Below, one piece after another: positions 19,195 through 29,323 of a DNA stretch of 64,000 nt. Where the stretch lies: contig JBGAON010000001.1 in NCBI GenBank assembly GCA_044221725.1, positions 32,001-96,000 of the forward strand, read 5' to 3'. The DNA comes from Elusimicrobiota bacterium (GTDB lineage Bacteria; Elusimicrobiota; Elusimicrobia; F11). Both the position numbers and the translations under genes were made by a program. Positions within the stretch are counted from its first letter, which is position 1. The number at the start of each line of letters is the position of its first letter. The notes below the pieces were generated by a model. That model did no database searches, was not told the DNA's origin, and worked only from the letters and a program-made list of their open reading frames with translations.

Positions 19195-20443
19195 ATCGCC
19201 GCGCGTCGAGGTTGTCTGCGTTGGCACCGAGCTTCTAACCGGCAAAGTCAACACGCATACGGCGTACCTAGGGCCCAAGCTCGCGAACATTGGTCTATCA
19301 ATTGCGTGCGAACACGCGGTCGGTGACGATCCCGAACTCATGCGCGAGGTTTTCTCAGGAGCGTTTAAACGTTCCGATATTGTTCTGTGCGCGGGCGGTC
19401 TCGGGCCGACGTTTGACGACATCACGCGCGACGTGTGGTCGCGCGTTGTTAAACGGCCGCTGCGCATTCAATCGTGGATAGTAGACGACATTCGCGCGAA
19501 ATTTGAACGCCGCGGTATCGCCATGCCGCCCATGAATCGTCGTCAGGCAATGGTGCTTCGGGGTGCTGAAGTCATTGGCAATCCGCTCGGCACGGCGCCC
19601 GGTCAGTTGCTTAAAATAAAAAACAAAATCGTTGTGTTGCTTCCCGGGCCATCGCGCGAGCTTTATCCGATGGTTGAAACCACGGTGCTTTCGCGACTGC
19701 GTGAGCATTTTCCGGGCTATGTGTTGGCGCATCATGTGTTTCAAATTTTTGGCGTGCCCGAATCGACCGTTGACGAAATTGTGCGCCCGTGGGTTGCGCG
19801 AAACGAGCGCGTGCTCGGCTGCACTATCACGCATGGAATCCTTGCATCGCAGTCGGTGATATCGGTGAAATTTACGGTCACGGGAAAAGACCCGGCCGTT
19901 GTCCAACAGGTATCCCACAAATTGTTGCCCGAATTGCGGAAGTTGCTTGGTGATTTGGTGTTCGGAGAAGGCGATGTGTTGCTGGATCACGTCGTTGGTA
20001 CGCTGTTGCAGACAAAAAGAAAAACGGTTGCGGTCGCGGAGTCGTGCACCGGAGGAACGCTTTCAAAACTGCTCACAGAGAACGCAGGCGCCTCCGACTA
20101 TTTTCTCGAAGGTGTTGTCGCTTACAGCAATGCCAGCAAAATGCGTCGTCTCGGTGTTAGCGAACAAACTCTGAAGAAGTTTGGCGCTGTGTCAGCGGAG
20201 ACGGCAAAAGAAATGGCGCAAGGGCTCCGCCAACGTGTGAAGTGCGATTACACGTTATCGGTCACGGGAATTGCTGGCCCTGGGGGCGGGACACAACAAA
20301 AGCCGGTAGGACTTGTTTACGTTGCGTGCTGCGGACCGCGAAAAACAATTGTTAAAAAGTTTAGGTTCATCGGTGAGCGTGGGCTTGTTCGTCATCGCGC
20401 GGCGCTCAGCGCGCTGAATATGCTGCGCAAGGAAATCGTTTGA
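19169..20443 (+). CDS. cinA: Competence/damage-inducible protein CinA (with NMN deamidase domain)
   Basis: VGTELLTG, GGLGPTFDDIT, LPGPSRE, AESCTGG, GAVS and TGIAGPGGG; ATG 19169 preferred. Confidence 0.92.
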   Translation: MGNRASTIKSPRVEVVCVGTELLTGKVNTHTAYLGPKLANIGLSIACEHAVGDDPELMREVFSGAFKRSDIVLCAGGLGPTFDDITRDVWSRVVKRPLRIQSWIVDDIRAKFERRGIAMPPMNRRQAMVLRGAEVIGNPLGTAPGQLLKIKNKIVVLLPGPSRELYPMVETTVLSRLREHFPGYVLAHHVFQIFGVPESTVDEIVRPWVARNERVLGCTITHGILASQSVISVKFTVTGKDPAVVQQVSHKLLPELRKLLGDLVFGEGDVLLDHVVGTLLQTKRKTVAVAESCTGGTLSKLLTENAGASDYFLEGVVAYSNASKMRRLGVSEQTLKKFGAVSAETAKEMAQGLRQRVKCDYTLSVTGIAGPGGGTQQKPVGLVYVACCGPRKTIVKKFRFIGERGLVRHRAALSALNMLRKEIV

Positions 20444-21231
20444 GTATCTTCGAGCGCCCGTCAAGGAAACTGGCCGCTGACAACAGCTCGGAATGGGGCA
20501 AACGTCCGCCACAAAGTGAAGAACAAGTTTTTCTTGAAGGTCCTCATCCACGCGGTTTCGAACTGTTGCGCGCGCTCCGAATTTTCCGCGAGTGCATGTA
20601 CGGGTTTCGGAAACTTCATTTTGTGGGTCCGTGCGTGACTGTGTTCGGTTCGGCGCGGTTTCACGAGACGCATGAGCTCTACAAGCTGACGCAGCGGGTG
20701 GGAGCCGAAATAGCGAAAGTGGGATTCACGGTCATGACCGGTGGCGGTCCGGGTCTCATGGAAGCGGCCAACCGCGGTGCGAAAGAGGTCGGCGGACGAA
20801 CGGTGGGCTGCAACATCCAACTTCCGCAGGAACAGAAACCGAACGACTATTTGGATACGTGGCTCGAATTCCGTTACTTTTTTGTGAGAAAATTGATGCT
20901 CGCGAAATACTCGTATGCGTTTGTAGCAATGCCCGGTGGCTACGGCACGCTGGATGAAATGTTCGAAGTAGCGACATTGGTTCAAACCGGGAAGATCAAG
21001 AACTTCCCGCTCGTCCTCGTGGGGAAGGAATATTGGACGCCGTTATTGGATTTCATGAAAGACACGTTGGTTCGACTGGGAACAATTGATCAAATTGATT
21101 TTGATCGGTGGATCGTGAGCGACGACCCGGTGGAAGTTGCGAAGGTGGTACGCGATCATGGCATGGCTGATTTTGGTTTGATCGAGCAAGCGGCGCATAG
21201 AAAAAAGAAATGGTTTTTCTTTGAGGGATGA
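20440..21231 (+). CDS. LOG-family (TIGR00730-like) nucleotide monophosphate nucleosidase
   Basis: VTVFGSAR, TGGGPGLMEAANRGA, FFVRKLML and PGGYGTLDE. Confidence 0.92.
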   Translation: MSIFERPSRKLAADNSSEWGKRPPQSEEQVFLEGPHPRGFELLRALRIFRECMYGFRKLHFVGPCVTVFGSARFHETHELYKLTQRVGAEIAKVGFTVMTGGGPGLMEAANRGAKEVGGRTVGCNIQLPQEQKPNDYLDTWLEFRYFFVRKLMLAKYSYAFVAMPGGYGTLDEMFEVATLVQTGKIKNFPLVLVGKEYWTPLLDFMKDTLVRLGTIDQIDFDRWIVSDDPVEVAKVVRDHGMADFGLIEQAAHRKKKWFFFEG

Positions 21232-21234
21232 GGC

Positions 21235-21804
21235 ATGCGACTGTTTTTGGCAATCTATCCAAGCGACAAATCGATTTCACAGTGGCGATCTTTCCAACGG
21301 AACGCGGCGGTGGGGCCTTTGCGTTGGACGCCGGAAGAATCTCTTCACGTCACGCTGAAATTTTTTGGCGAAGTGGATGACCACCGGGAAAAAAAGATTC
21401 TCGCTGCGTTACCGAAGATCGTCTCTGATTTTTCTCCGTTTGAGTTGCAGCTAAAATCCGGTGGTGTTTTCCCATCCAAAGGTTCTCCTTCGGTTTTTTG
21501 GGTGGGTCTTGACCATGACACACGTGTTCTCGAAGAGTTGGTGCATGTGCTCGACCTCGAATGTAAGAATCTTGGCTTTGCCGCCGACGACCACGATTAT
21601 CATCCGCATCTCACCGTAGCGCGCACCTCAAACAACGCCGCGAAGCTGCCTGCCGCGTTCGGTCGGGATTTCAAAAAATGGGTTGAGCCCTTTGAAACCG
21701 AACCGTTTGTCGTGAACGAGCTGTGCCTTGTGCAAAGTCAATTGGGAGGGACGGGTTCAAAGTATTTGGTTCGCGATACGTTTCCACTTCGCGGCCATTC
21801 GTAA
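21235..21804 (+). CDS. thpR: RNA 2',3'-cyclic phosphodiesterase (2H family)
   Basis: MRLFLAI, HVTLKF and HPHLTVAR (two HxT motifs). Confidence 0.9.
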   Translation: MRLFLAIYPSDKSISQWRSFQRNAAVGPLRWTPEESLHVTLKFFGEVDDHREKKILAALPKIVSDFSPFELQLKSGGVFPSKGSPSVFWVGLDHDTRVLEELVHVLDLECKNLGFAADDHDYHPHLTVARTSNNAAKLPAAFGRDFKKWVEPFETEPFVVNELCLVQSQLGGTGSKYLVRDTFPLRGHS

Positions 21805-22329
21805 CATCGATTCCTCGTTAGTAAGCGTCGTTAGATCTGCAAGTGGAACCCATTCCAATTTATTGGATTCATCGCTGATTCGGATCGGCTCACCTTCATT
21901 CGCTCGAAACGCAAACCGTATATCGTAGTGATAATGTTTCGGTTCGTGAGCGCGGGGCGGAATCGAATGAATATCAACATCAAAAATCTCCGGTGTCACG
22001 AGATTTAGACTTGATAATCCGGATTCTTCTTGTGCTTCGCGGCGCGCCACCGCGACTATATCGGTATCGCCGTCCGCATGTCCGCCCAATTGCAGCCATT
22101 TGTCTAACTTCTTGTGATGCGTGAGCAACACGGCGTCGCCGGCTTTGTTGGTCACCCATGCGGAACCGGTGATGTGCCCGGCGAGATTGGTTCGTTCGAA
22201 ACAATCCGTATGTTTTTCAACAAATGAAACGATCGTATCGCGTTGCATGGTGTCCGCTGCGTTAACGGATCGGTATTGTTTCAAAAGCGCCAGAAGCGGT
22301 GCGCGTTTATCGAAGAGCGCTATCGTCAT
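21757..22329 (-). CDS. NUDIX hydrolase
   Basis: GHITGSAW, WLQLGGHADGD, ARREAQEESG and HYHYDIRF. Confidence 0.9.
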   Translation of the reverse strand: MTIALFDKRAPLLALLKQYRSVNAADTMQRDTIVSFVEKHTDCFERTNLAGHITGSAWVTNKAGDAVLLTHHKKLDKWLQLGGHADGDTDIVAVARREAQEESGLSSLNLVTPEIFDVDIHSIPPRAHEPKHYHYDIRFAFRANEGEPIRISDESNKLEWVPLADLTTLTNEESMLRMAAKWKRIANQIL

Positions 22330-22355
22330 ACGACGGAAAGTTATGAAATGCGGGC

Positions 22356-23135
22356 ATGGGTGCCAAATACGGCCAACATTTCCTTATTAATAAACACGCG
22401 ATTGACCGCATCGCGGAATCCCTCGCGATCTCCTCGGACGATATCGTTTTGGAAATTGGCCCGGGGAAAGGGTCTCTTACCGCCGCACTTCTTAAAGCGA
22501 AGTCCTTGAACATTGTGGAAGTGGACGAACAAATGATTGCGCTTTTGAAGTCGCGCTTCGGCGCGATGCCAAATGTCCATTTGTTCCACGAAGACATCCT
22601 AAAGTTTGATTTTGAAGGGCTGGGCACGGTTGGCGGACCAGTCAAAGTGGTAGGCAACCTTCCTTATAATTTGACGTCTCCGATTTTGCGGAAGCTCTCC
22701 GAGTGGTCGGGTTGGAAGAATGCGTTCATAATGGTTCAAAGAGAAGTCGCCGAACGGTTGTGCGCGAAAGCCGGAACGCCCGAATACGGCGCGCTAACCG
22801 TTGGAATGAACTTAACCAGCGAACCGGAATTCGTGTTTGAACTTTCCGAAAAATCGTTCAACCCGCCTCCCAAAGTAAAGTCGGCCGTCGTCAAACTCAT
22901 TCGCCGCGACACGCCACTCACGGGTGACGTAAACGGTACCCAAAGAGTCATTCAAGCCGCGTTCCAGCAACGCCGCAAAACAATCCTCAACTCTCTCGCG
23001 CACGGACTGAACCTTGAGAAAGATCAAGTTGCGTCCGCCCTCAAAAAACTGAACCTGCCGTCCGAAATACGTCCCGAGAAATTGCCTGTCGAGACGTTTG
23101 TAAAGTTGCGAGAACTGCTGCAGATTACCGGTTAA
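22356..23135 (+). CDS. rsmA: 16S rRNA m6,2A1518/1519 dimethyltransferase
   Basis: GQHFL, VLEIGPGKGSLT, VGNLPYN and FNPPPKVKSAV. Confidence 0.96.
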   Translation: MGAKYGQHFLINKHAIDRIAESLAISSDDIVLEIGPGKGSLTAALLKAKSLNIVEVDEQMIALLKSRFGAMPNVHLFHEDILKFDFEGLGTVGGPVKVVGNLPYNLTSPILRKLSEWSGWKNAFIMVQREVAERLCAKAGTPEYGALTVGMNLTSEPEFVFELSEKSFNPPPKVKSAVVKLIRRDTPLTGDVNGTQRVIQAAFQQRRKTILNSLAHGLNLEKDQVASALKKLNLPSEIRPEKLPVETFVKLRELLQITG

Positions 23136-23145
23136 CTTTGGAAGG

Positions 23146-24549
23146 TTAGCGGGGTTTCGGGCCGAAGTTCACGTCGGTCGAGAGTGCGTTGGTTTCGGTG
23201 AAGCGTCCGATCATCGGTTGGATGCCGACCACGCTGAAGAAAAGTTTTGTGCTGGAGACATGCTTCACTTCGCTGCGGACCTCGGTGAATTTTCCTGAAA
23301 GAACGAAATGAACAAGGTAACGCCCAACAGCGGAGATGAGGAAAAGCGTGAGCAACGGATAGCCAAAAATATTCGGGACGCGGGAACTGAGCCAGCTGCC
23401 AACGAGCGCGCCGCCAAAGATTGCGAGGCCGTTGATCAAATTAAAATAACCCAAGCAGCGCATGCGTTTCCCGGGGCTCACCGCATCATAAATGTAATTA
23501 ACGGCGCACAAGTTGAACCCGCCCCACAAAAATCCAGCGGCCGCTTCGACGAGAAAAATCGGCACAATGTGATGAAACAGGATCCATGGGATGGGAATGA
23601 GCGGCAGTAAAAAGCTCGTTGTTTTAAGAATGCGCGCATTCCCGACGTGGTCCGCGTGTCGACCCCATAAAGGGAACGCAATAAGGCTCGTCACTGTAGA
23701 GGCCAATGTGACCAACATGAAGCTTAAGTAATCGAATTTCAGATCGCGCAGCATGGTGACACTGAAATAAGGAGCGGCGATGTTCGTCGTAAACGTTATT
23801 CCGGCCACATAAAAAACAAATTTCACGAAGTTGCTTTCGCGGAAACGCTTGAGAAACATCCACAACGTAAAGTCGTGTTCCTCTTTGTGATGGAACGGCA
23901 GGTCGACGTGTTTCCGCAGCAATGCGAACGAAACAAATCGGCCAACAGCGGCCGTGAGAAACATGGCAAGAAAGCCTATTTCTTGTTTGTCGATTTTTTT
24001 CCAAACGTCGAGGAATCCGCCCCAAAAAATAATGGTTACAAGGCTCGTGATACCGAGAATTCGCGAGCGCCAACCAAAATAATCGCCGCGCCGATGCGCG
24101 GGCAGATATTCGCTGACAAGACTGCCCCAGGCAGGCCCAATCAATCCCGTGATGATCTTGTAGATCGTGACAAAGCCAATTAACCATAGGAGCCGATGCG
24201 GAACGTGCCGCAAGCCGAGAAAGCCGATGGGTAACAGCATCAAGGCTTGCAATCCAACATTGTGCACCACGAGCTTGAGGCGGCTCCCAATTTTGTGCAC
24301 CGCCTCAACCGCAAACGTCTGAAATATCGCCCCTAACAAATTCGGAATTGCAATCAAAAGTCCAATCTGCGGATTCGTAGCTCCAAGGCACAACGCGAAC
24401 GGCGTCATGTAGTTGTCCATTATTGTGCTCATCACTTGAGCGGGTATTCCTTCTTTCCAGGAGAGAACCAAACTTCGCTGAATCTGTGGATCGGACGAGG
24501 CGGTGACGGTATGGCGCCGATCGCGTGATGGAGGAAGAGGCGAAATCAT
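23146..24549 (-). CDS. MFS transporter
   Basis: About 12 TM segments; RRGDYFG and WGRHADHVGN loop motifs. Confidence 0.85.
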   Translation of the reverse strand: MISPLPPSRDRRHTVTASSDPQIQRSLVLSWKEGIPAQVMSTIMDNYMTPFALCLGATNPQIGLLIAIPNLLGAIFQTFAVEAVHKIGSRLKLVVHNVGLQALMLLPIGFLGLRHVPHRLLWLIGFVTIYKIITGLIGPAWGSLVSEYLPAHRRGDYFGWRSRILGITSLVTIIFWGGFLDVWKKIDKQEIGFLAMFLTAAVGRFVSFALLRKHVDLPFHHKEEHDFTLWMFLKRFRESNFVKFVFYVAGITFTTNIAAPYFSVTMLRDLKFDYLSFMLVTLASTVTSLIAFPLWGRHADHVGNARILKTTSFLLPLIPIPWILFHHIVPIFLVEAAAGFLWGGFNLCAVNYIYDAVSPGKRMRCLGYFNLINGLAIFGGALVGSWLSSRVPNIFGYPLLTLFLISAVGRYLVHFVLSGKFTEVRSEVKHVSSTKLFFSVVGIQPMIGRFTETNALSTDVNFGPKPR

Positions 24550-24711
24550 TGCATTTGCTTATCAAATAGCGATTTTGAGAGCAAAGCGGGGTTTGATAGG
24601 TCCAAAAACGAATCCTTTTTTCAGCTCGAAATCGGACAACAAAAAGGCCCGCCCTGGCATATTCGGTGCATTATTCGAATTTAATTAAACCCTGCTAATC
24701 AAGGAGCCAAT

Positions 24712-25131
24712 ATGAATATGAAAAGGAAACAAAAAATTATGATGTTCATCGCCGCTTTGACGTTTTCGGAAGCGGCATTCCTTCGAAGTTTTTCCTATGC
24801 CGAGACACGGCCTCCGCTAGAAACGGCAATAATGCCCGTTCCGTGTTGGCAACAACGTCCCGATCTTGTTCCGTGTAGTTATACGGTTACATGTCGAACG
24901 AGCTCGATTGTGGTCGACACCTATTGTTACGTTTGGGAAAACAAATGCGATGGTTCCAGTCAACTGCAACGACGGGAAGAATTTTCCGAAACTCTGTGCC
25001 TGGAGCACGGTGGATGGGACGATGAAACAGCAATAGGGGATCCGGAAATAATTTCGCCAGTGCGCCCCTCGGGTCCCGTGCCTCTGCCAGGAAGGTTGAT
25101 CGAGGCTGCTGACCGGGCCGCAGGACGCTAA
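24712..25131 (+). CDS. Hypothetical Cys-rich secreted protein
   Basis: SD AAGGAG, signal-like N-terminus, 6 Cys, followed by an intrinsic terminator. Confidence 0.55.
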   Translation: MNMKRKQKIMMFIAALTFSEAAFLRSFSYAETRPPLETAIMPVPCWQQRPDLVPCSYTVTCRTSSIVVDTYCYVWENKCDGSSQLQRREEFSETLCLEHGGWDDETAIGDPEIISPVRPSGPVPLPGRLIEAADRAAGR

Positions 25132-25150
25132 TTCAACAATCTGTTCCTTA

Positions 25151-25194
25151 GCCGCCACGGATTCCCTCCCGGGAGTTCGTGGCGGTTTTTTTTT
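25151..25194 (+). terminator. Rho-independent terminator
   Basis: GCCGCCACG...CGTGGCGG stem followed by T9. Confidence 0.85.
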
Positions 25195-25217
25195 CGTCCA
25201 TTTCTTATAATCCGGCG

Positions 25218-26399
25218 ATGTCGCATTCCGACGATTCCATTTCCCGAATATTGCGCGGTGCCACGAAAGTTGTTTCTGAAGCGGAGCTGAAGGCCAAGCT
25301 CGCGAAGGGAAAACCTTTGCGTGTAAAACTCGGTGTTGACCCGACCGCGCCCGATATCCATTTGGGTCACACCGTCGTGCTCACGAAACTCCGCACGTTT
25401 CAGGATCTTGGGCACACCGTTGTTTTTATTATTGGTGATTTCACGGCGGCCGTCGGCGATCCGTCGGGTCGGGATGCGACGCGGCCACCGCTTTCAGAAG
25501 AAGCGATCAACGCAAACATAAAGACTTACACCGATCAAGTATTTAAAGTGCTCGACAAATCCAAAACCGAAGTTCGTTACAACGGTGAATGGCTCTACGA
25601 TTTGTTTGAGCGTTCGAACTCCGCGTTTTTGCCGAAATCGCTTTTGCGCCAGCACACGGTGCAACAATTAATGGAACGCGACGATTTCACGGAACGCCGC
25701 AAAGCGGGCCAGCCAATTTCCATTCTTGAACTTCTTTATCCCTTGTTTCAGGGATACGATTCGGTCGCTGTTAAAGCGGATGTCGAGCTCGGAGGCAACG
25801 ATCAACTTTTTAATTTGCTGATGGGCCGGCAGATGCAGAAGAATGCCGGGCAAGAGCCGCAGGTGGTGATGACGCTGCCGTTGCTTGAAGGATTGGATGG
25901 AACGCGCAAGATGTCGAAGTCGTACGGCAATCATGTAGGCGTGAAAGACCCGCAGAATGAAATGTTTGGAAAAATTATGTCCATTCCGGACGAGTTGATG
26001 TGGAAGTATTACGAATTGCTGACCGAAGAAAATATTCCAAGCGTCAAACAGATGCATCCGATGGAAGCCAAAAAGAAATTGGCCGGACTCATTGTTGAGC
26101 GTTACCACGGCGAGTCTGCGGCGAAAGATGCCGCGCAAAATTTTGCGAACGTGTTTTCGAAAGGCGAAACTCCCGAAGACATGGAGCCGTTCCAATTAAC
26201 AAAGAAAGACATCGACGCTGTGGAATTGATTGTGGCGGCCGAGATGGCAGCGTCCAAGAACGAAGCGCGGCGGTTGGTGGAGCAAGGCGGCGTGCAATTG
26301 GACGGGAAGCGCGTGAATTTGGGGGACAAAATTTCGATTGCGGCTCCCGGCGTATTAAAAGTAGGAAAGCGAAAATTCAAAAAACTGTTGCCGGTTTAA
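25218..26399 (+). CDS. tyrS: Tyrosine--tRNA ligase
   Basis: GVDPTAPDIHLGH, YPLFQGYD, GGNDQLFN, KMSKS and C-terminal S4 domain; ATG 25218. Confidence 0.96.
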   Translation: MSHSDDSISRILRGATKVVSEAELKAKLAKGKPLRVKLGVDPTAPDIHLGHTVVLTKLRTFQDLGHTVVFIIGDFTAAVGDPSGRDATRPPLSEEAINANIKTYTDQVFKVLDKSKTEVRYNGEWLYDLFERSNSAFLPKSLLRQHTVQQLMERDDFTERRKAGQPISILELLYPLFQGYDSVAVKADVELGGNDQLFNLLMGRQMQKNAGQEPQVVMTLPLLEGLDGTRKMSKSYGNHVGVKDPQNEMFGKIMSIPDELMWKYYELLTEENIPSVKQMHPMEAKKKLAGLIVERYHGESAAKDAAQNFANVFSKGETPEDMEPFQLTKKDIDAVELIVAAEMAASKNEARRLVEQGGVQLDGKRVNLGDKISIAAPGVLKVGKRKFKKLLPV

Positions 26400-26403
26400 T
26401 ATT

Positions 26404-26436
26404 CGTCATTCCGGCGAACAGATTGCCGGGATGACG
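26404..26436. repeat. CGTC-type REP-like palindrome
   Basis: CGTCATTCCGGC-N9-GCCGGGATGACG just after the tyrS stop. Confidence 0.55.
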
Positions 26437-26467
26437 GCTTGAGTTGGTAAAGGGAATGGAGAGGTTT

Positions 26468-29323
26468 ATGAGCAATGTGTTGGTAGGAGAGAAAAAAATA
26501 AATCCGCTCGTCGGGATGTGGTCGCAAAAGCAGAGTTTCTGGCTCGACTTTATTAGCCGGAATGTTCTCAAGAACGGCGATCTGAAGAAGATGGTTCAAA
26601 TTGACGGTCTGCGCGGCATGACATCAAACCCCACCATTTTCGAGAAAGCCATATCGTCCAGCAACGAATACGACGCCGATCTCAAAAAATTTGCGCTGCA
26701 AGGCCAAACCATCGAAGAGATTTTTGAAAACCTGTCCGTGAAAGACATCCAAATGGCCGCCGACATTTTGAAACCCGTTTTCAAATCCAGCAAAGGCACC
26801 GACGGTTATGTGAGTCTCGAAGTGAATCCCGGTTTGGCCAACAACACGCAGGCCACCGTTGATCAAGCGAAACATTTGGCGAAGAAAGTGAAGCGGCCCA
26901 ATCTCATGATCAAAGTTCCTGGCACACCCGAAGGAATCCCCGCGATTCAAGCGCTCATTGCGGCCGGCGTGAATGTGAATATCACACTGCTGTTCTCCGT
27001 CGAGAATTACAAGCAGGTGCTCGAAGCGTATTTGCTCGGTCTCGAACAGCGCGTGAAGAAAAATTTGCCGATCAAACAAATTTCCTCGGTAGCGAGTTTC
27101 TTCGTGAGTCGCGTGGACACCATCGTGGACAAAGCGCTTGATCAGAAAATAGCTTCGAAAGCGCCGGAGGCGGCCAAGGCTCAGGCGTTGTTGCACAAAG
27201 CCGGAGTCGCCAACGCGAAGTTGGCTTACGAGCACTACGAGATGGTCACAAAATCCGACCGGTTCCAAAAGCTCGCGAAAAAAGGCGCGCAGGTTCAGCG
27301 ATTGCTGTGGGCATCGACCGGCGTGAAAGACAAACGGCTATCCGATGTTTTCTACATCGAAGAATTAATGGGTGCGGATACGGTGAACACCATGCCGCCG
27401 GCCACGATCGATGCGTTTCGTGATCATGGTACGGTTCAACCGAAGTTGAAACTTGGATGGGCGCAAGCGCACGTGGATCTTCAGGAACTCCAATCGCTTG
27501 GCATTGATTTCGAAGGGCTTATGCAGAAATTGCAGATAGACGGCGTGAAATCCTTCATCCAATCGTTCGACGATTTGATGCGCGTTACCGCCGCCAAGCG
27601 CGAAATCCTCACCGGTCAATTCGGCAAACAGGTGAAGTTCGATCTTGGTAACTACGACGCCGGCTACCGGACCTTGCTTGGAAAAATTCAAAACGAAAAC
27701 TGGGCGAAACGGGTGTGGGAAAAAGATGCGACGCTTTGGAAATCCGACGAGGCCCACCAGAAAATTATTAAGAATTCGCTCGGTTGGCTCACGGTTCCGG
27801 GCTACGTGAAAGCCAATTATTCAAACGTGCAAGCGATTGTTGCCGATATCAAGAAAGCGAAGTTCACGCACGCGCTGCTTCTGGGAATGGGCGGTTCAAG
27901 TTTGTGCCCCGAAGTGTTGCGGATTACTTTTGGAAAAAAGAACGGCTATCCGGATCTCGCGATTCTCGATAGCACCGAGCCCGCGTCGGTGCTCGAGCGC
28001 GCGCGTCGCTCAAAGCCGGAGAAAACTCTTTATATTGTCGCGAGCAAATCCGGCTCAACGACCGAGCCGAACGCGTTCCTCGCATACTTTTTTGATCTCG
28101 TGAAGAAAAAGAAAGGCGAGAAAGCCGGCGAAAACTTCGTTGCGATCACCGATCCGGGCACGATGATGGAACGCCTCGCGCGCGAGAAAAAATTCCGTCA
28201 TATTGTTTTGAATCCTTCGGATATCGGCGGCCGCTATTCGGCGCTGTCGTTCTTCGGTATGTTACCGGCCGCGCTGATGGGGATCGACGTTCCGACGCTC
28301 ATTGAGAACGCCTATTTGATGGCCGGAGCCTGCTCGGCCGTTGTGCCGGCGAAACAAAATCTTGGCGTGCAACTGGGCGCGGCACTCGGAAGCCTCGCGA
28401 ACGCGGGCCGAAACAAAGTCACGTTTTTCCTTGGCAAAGAGATTGCGTCGCTCTCGACGTGGGTTGAGCAATTAATTGCGGAAAGCACCGGAAAAGAAGG
28501 CAAAGGAATTCTTCCGGTGGAAGGCGAGCCGATGGAAGCGCCCGATGTCTACGGGAATGACCGGGTTTTCGTTTCCATACAATTGAAAAGAGATTTGGCA
28601 TTGGAGAAGAAGCTGGCGATTCTTAAGAAAGCCGGACATCCGGTAATCCAAATTCAGCTTTCGAACAAGGAACAGATCTCCGGCGAATTTTTCCGGTGGG
28701 AATTTGCGACGGCGATTGCCGGCGCGGCGCTCGGCATTGACGCGTTTGATCAGCCAAACGTTCAGGAATCAAAAGATCTCACAAAGAAGTACTTGGATGC
28801 CTATAAAATGCAGGGCACGCTCTCGCAAGACGAACCCACGCTCACCGAAAACGGGCTTGCCGTGTATTCCATGAACGGCTTGAGTCAGACGACGAACGTC
28901 GAAGAGCTTCTGCAAATGTTGTTCCGCGATGTGCGCGCTGGCGACTATGTGGCGCTGTTGGCTTATTTGGAGCGCAACGCCAAACACGAGAAGATTTTGC
29001 AGGAAATTCGCGAAATTATACTTACGACCAAGCATGTGGCGACCACCGTGGGTTTTGGGCCGCGCTTCCTTCACTCGACCGGTCAATTGCATAAAGGTGG
29101 CGATAACAGCGGCGTGTTTCTTCAAATTACTGCCGACGATAAAAAAGATGTAGCCATCCCCGGCGAACCGTTTGGATTCAGTGTATTGAAAGAGGCCCAA
29201 GCGCTTGGTGATTTGAGCGCGCTCGCCAACAAACACCGCCGCGCCATTCGGATTCATCTGGAAGACGCCGAGGAAGGATTGGTTCGGCTTCGCGATTTAA
29301 TTAAGAAGGTAACGACGCATTGA
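26468..29323 (+). CDS. Bifunctional transaldolase / glucose-6-phosphate isomerase fusion
   Basis: N-half WLDFISR, GMTSNPTIF, MIKVP and RLLWASTG; C-half LGMGGSSL, ASKSGST, GGRYS and DQPNVQESK; ATG 26468 after a GGAGAGG SD. Confidence 0.93.
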   Translation: MSNVLVGEKKINPLVGMWSQKQSFWLDFISRNVLKNGDLKKMVQIDGLRGMTSNPTIFEKAISSSNEYDADLKKFALQGQTIEEIFENLSVKDIQMAADILKPVFKSSKGTDGYVSLEVNPGLANNTQATVDQAKHLAKKVKRPNLMIKVPGTPEGIPAIQALIAAGVNVNITLLFSVENYKQVLEAYLLGLEQRVKKNLPIKQISSVASFFVSRVDTIVDKALDQKIASKAPEAAKAQALLHKAGVANAKLAYEHYEMVTKSDRFQKLAKKGAQVQRLLWASTGVKDKRLSDVFYIEELMGADTVNTMPPATIDAFRDHGTVQPKLKLGWAQAHVDLQELQSLGIDFEGLMQKLQIDGVKSFIQSFDDLMRVTAAKREILTGQFGKQVKFDLGNYDAGYRTLLGKIQNENWAKRVWEKDATLWKSDEAHQKIIKNSLGWLTVPGYVKANYSNVQAIVADIKKAKFTHALLLGMGGSSLCPEVLRITFGKKNGYPDLAILDSTEPASVLERARRSKPEKTLYIVASKSGSTTEPNAFLAYFFDLVKKKKGEKAGENFVAITDPGTMMERLAREKKFRHIVLNPSDIGGRYSALSFFGMLPAALMGIDVPTLIENAYLMAGACSAVVPAKQNLGVQLGAALGSLANAGRNKVTFFLGKEIASLSTWVEQLIAESTGKEGKGILPVEGEPMEAPDVYGNDRVFVSIQLKRDLALEKKLAILKKAGHPVIQIQLSNKEQISGEFFRWEFATAIAGAALGIDAFDQPNVQESKDLTKKYLDAYKMQGTLSQDEPTLTENGLAVYSMNGLSQTTNVEELLQMLFRDVRAGDYVALLAYLERNAKHEKILQEIREIILTTKHVATTVGFGPRFLHSTGQLHKGGDNSGVFLQITADDKKDVAIPGEPFGFSVLKEAQALGDLSALANKHRRAIRIHLEDAEEGLVRLRDLIKKVTTH

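Noticed and set aside
25132..25217. T-box riboswitch upstream of tyrS
   Set aside because: No T-box consensus (GGTGGNACCGCG) or room for stem I; the hairpin is better explained as the upstream gene's terminator, and a TATAAT lies downstream of it
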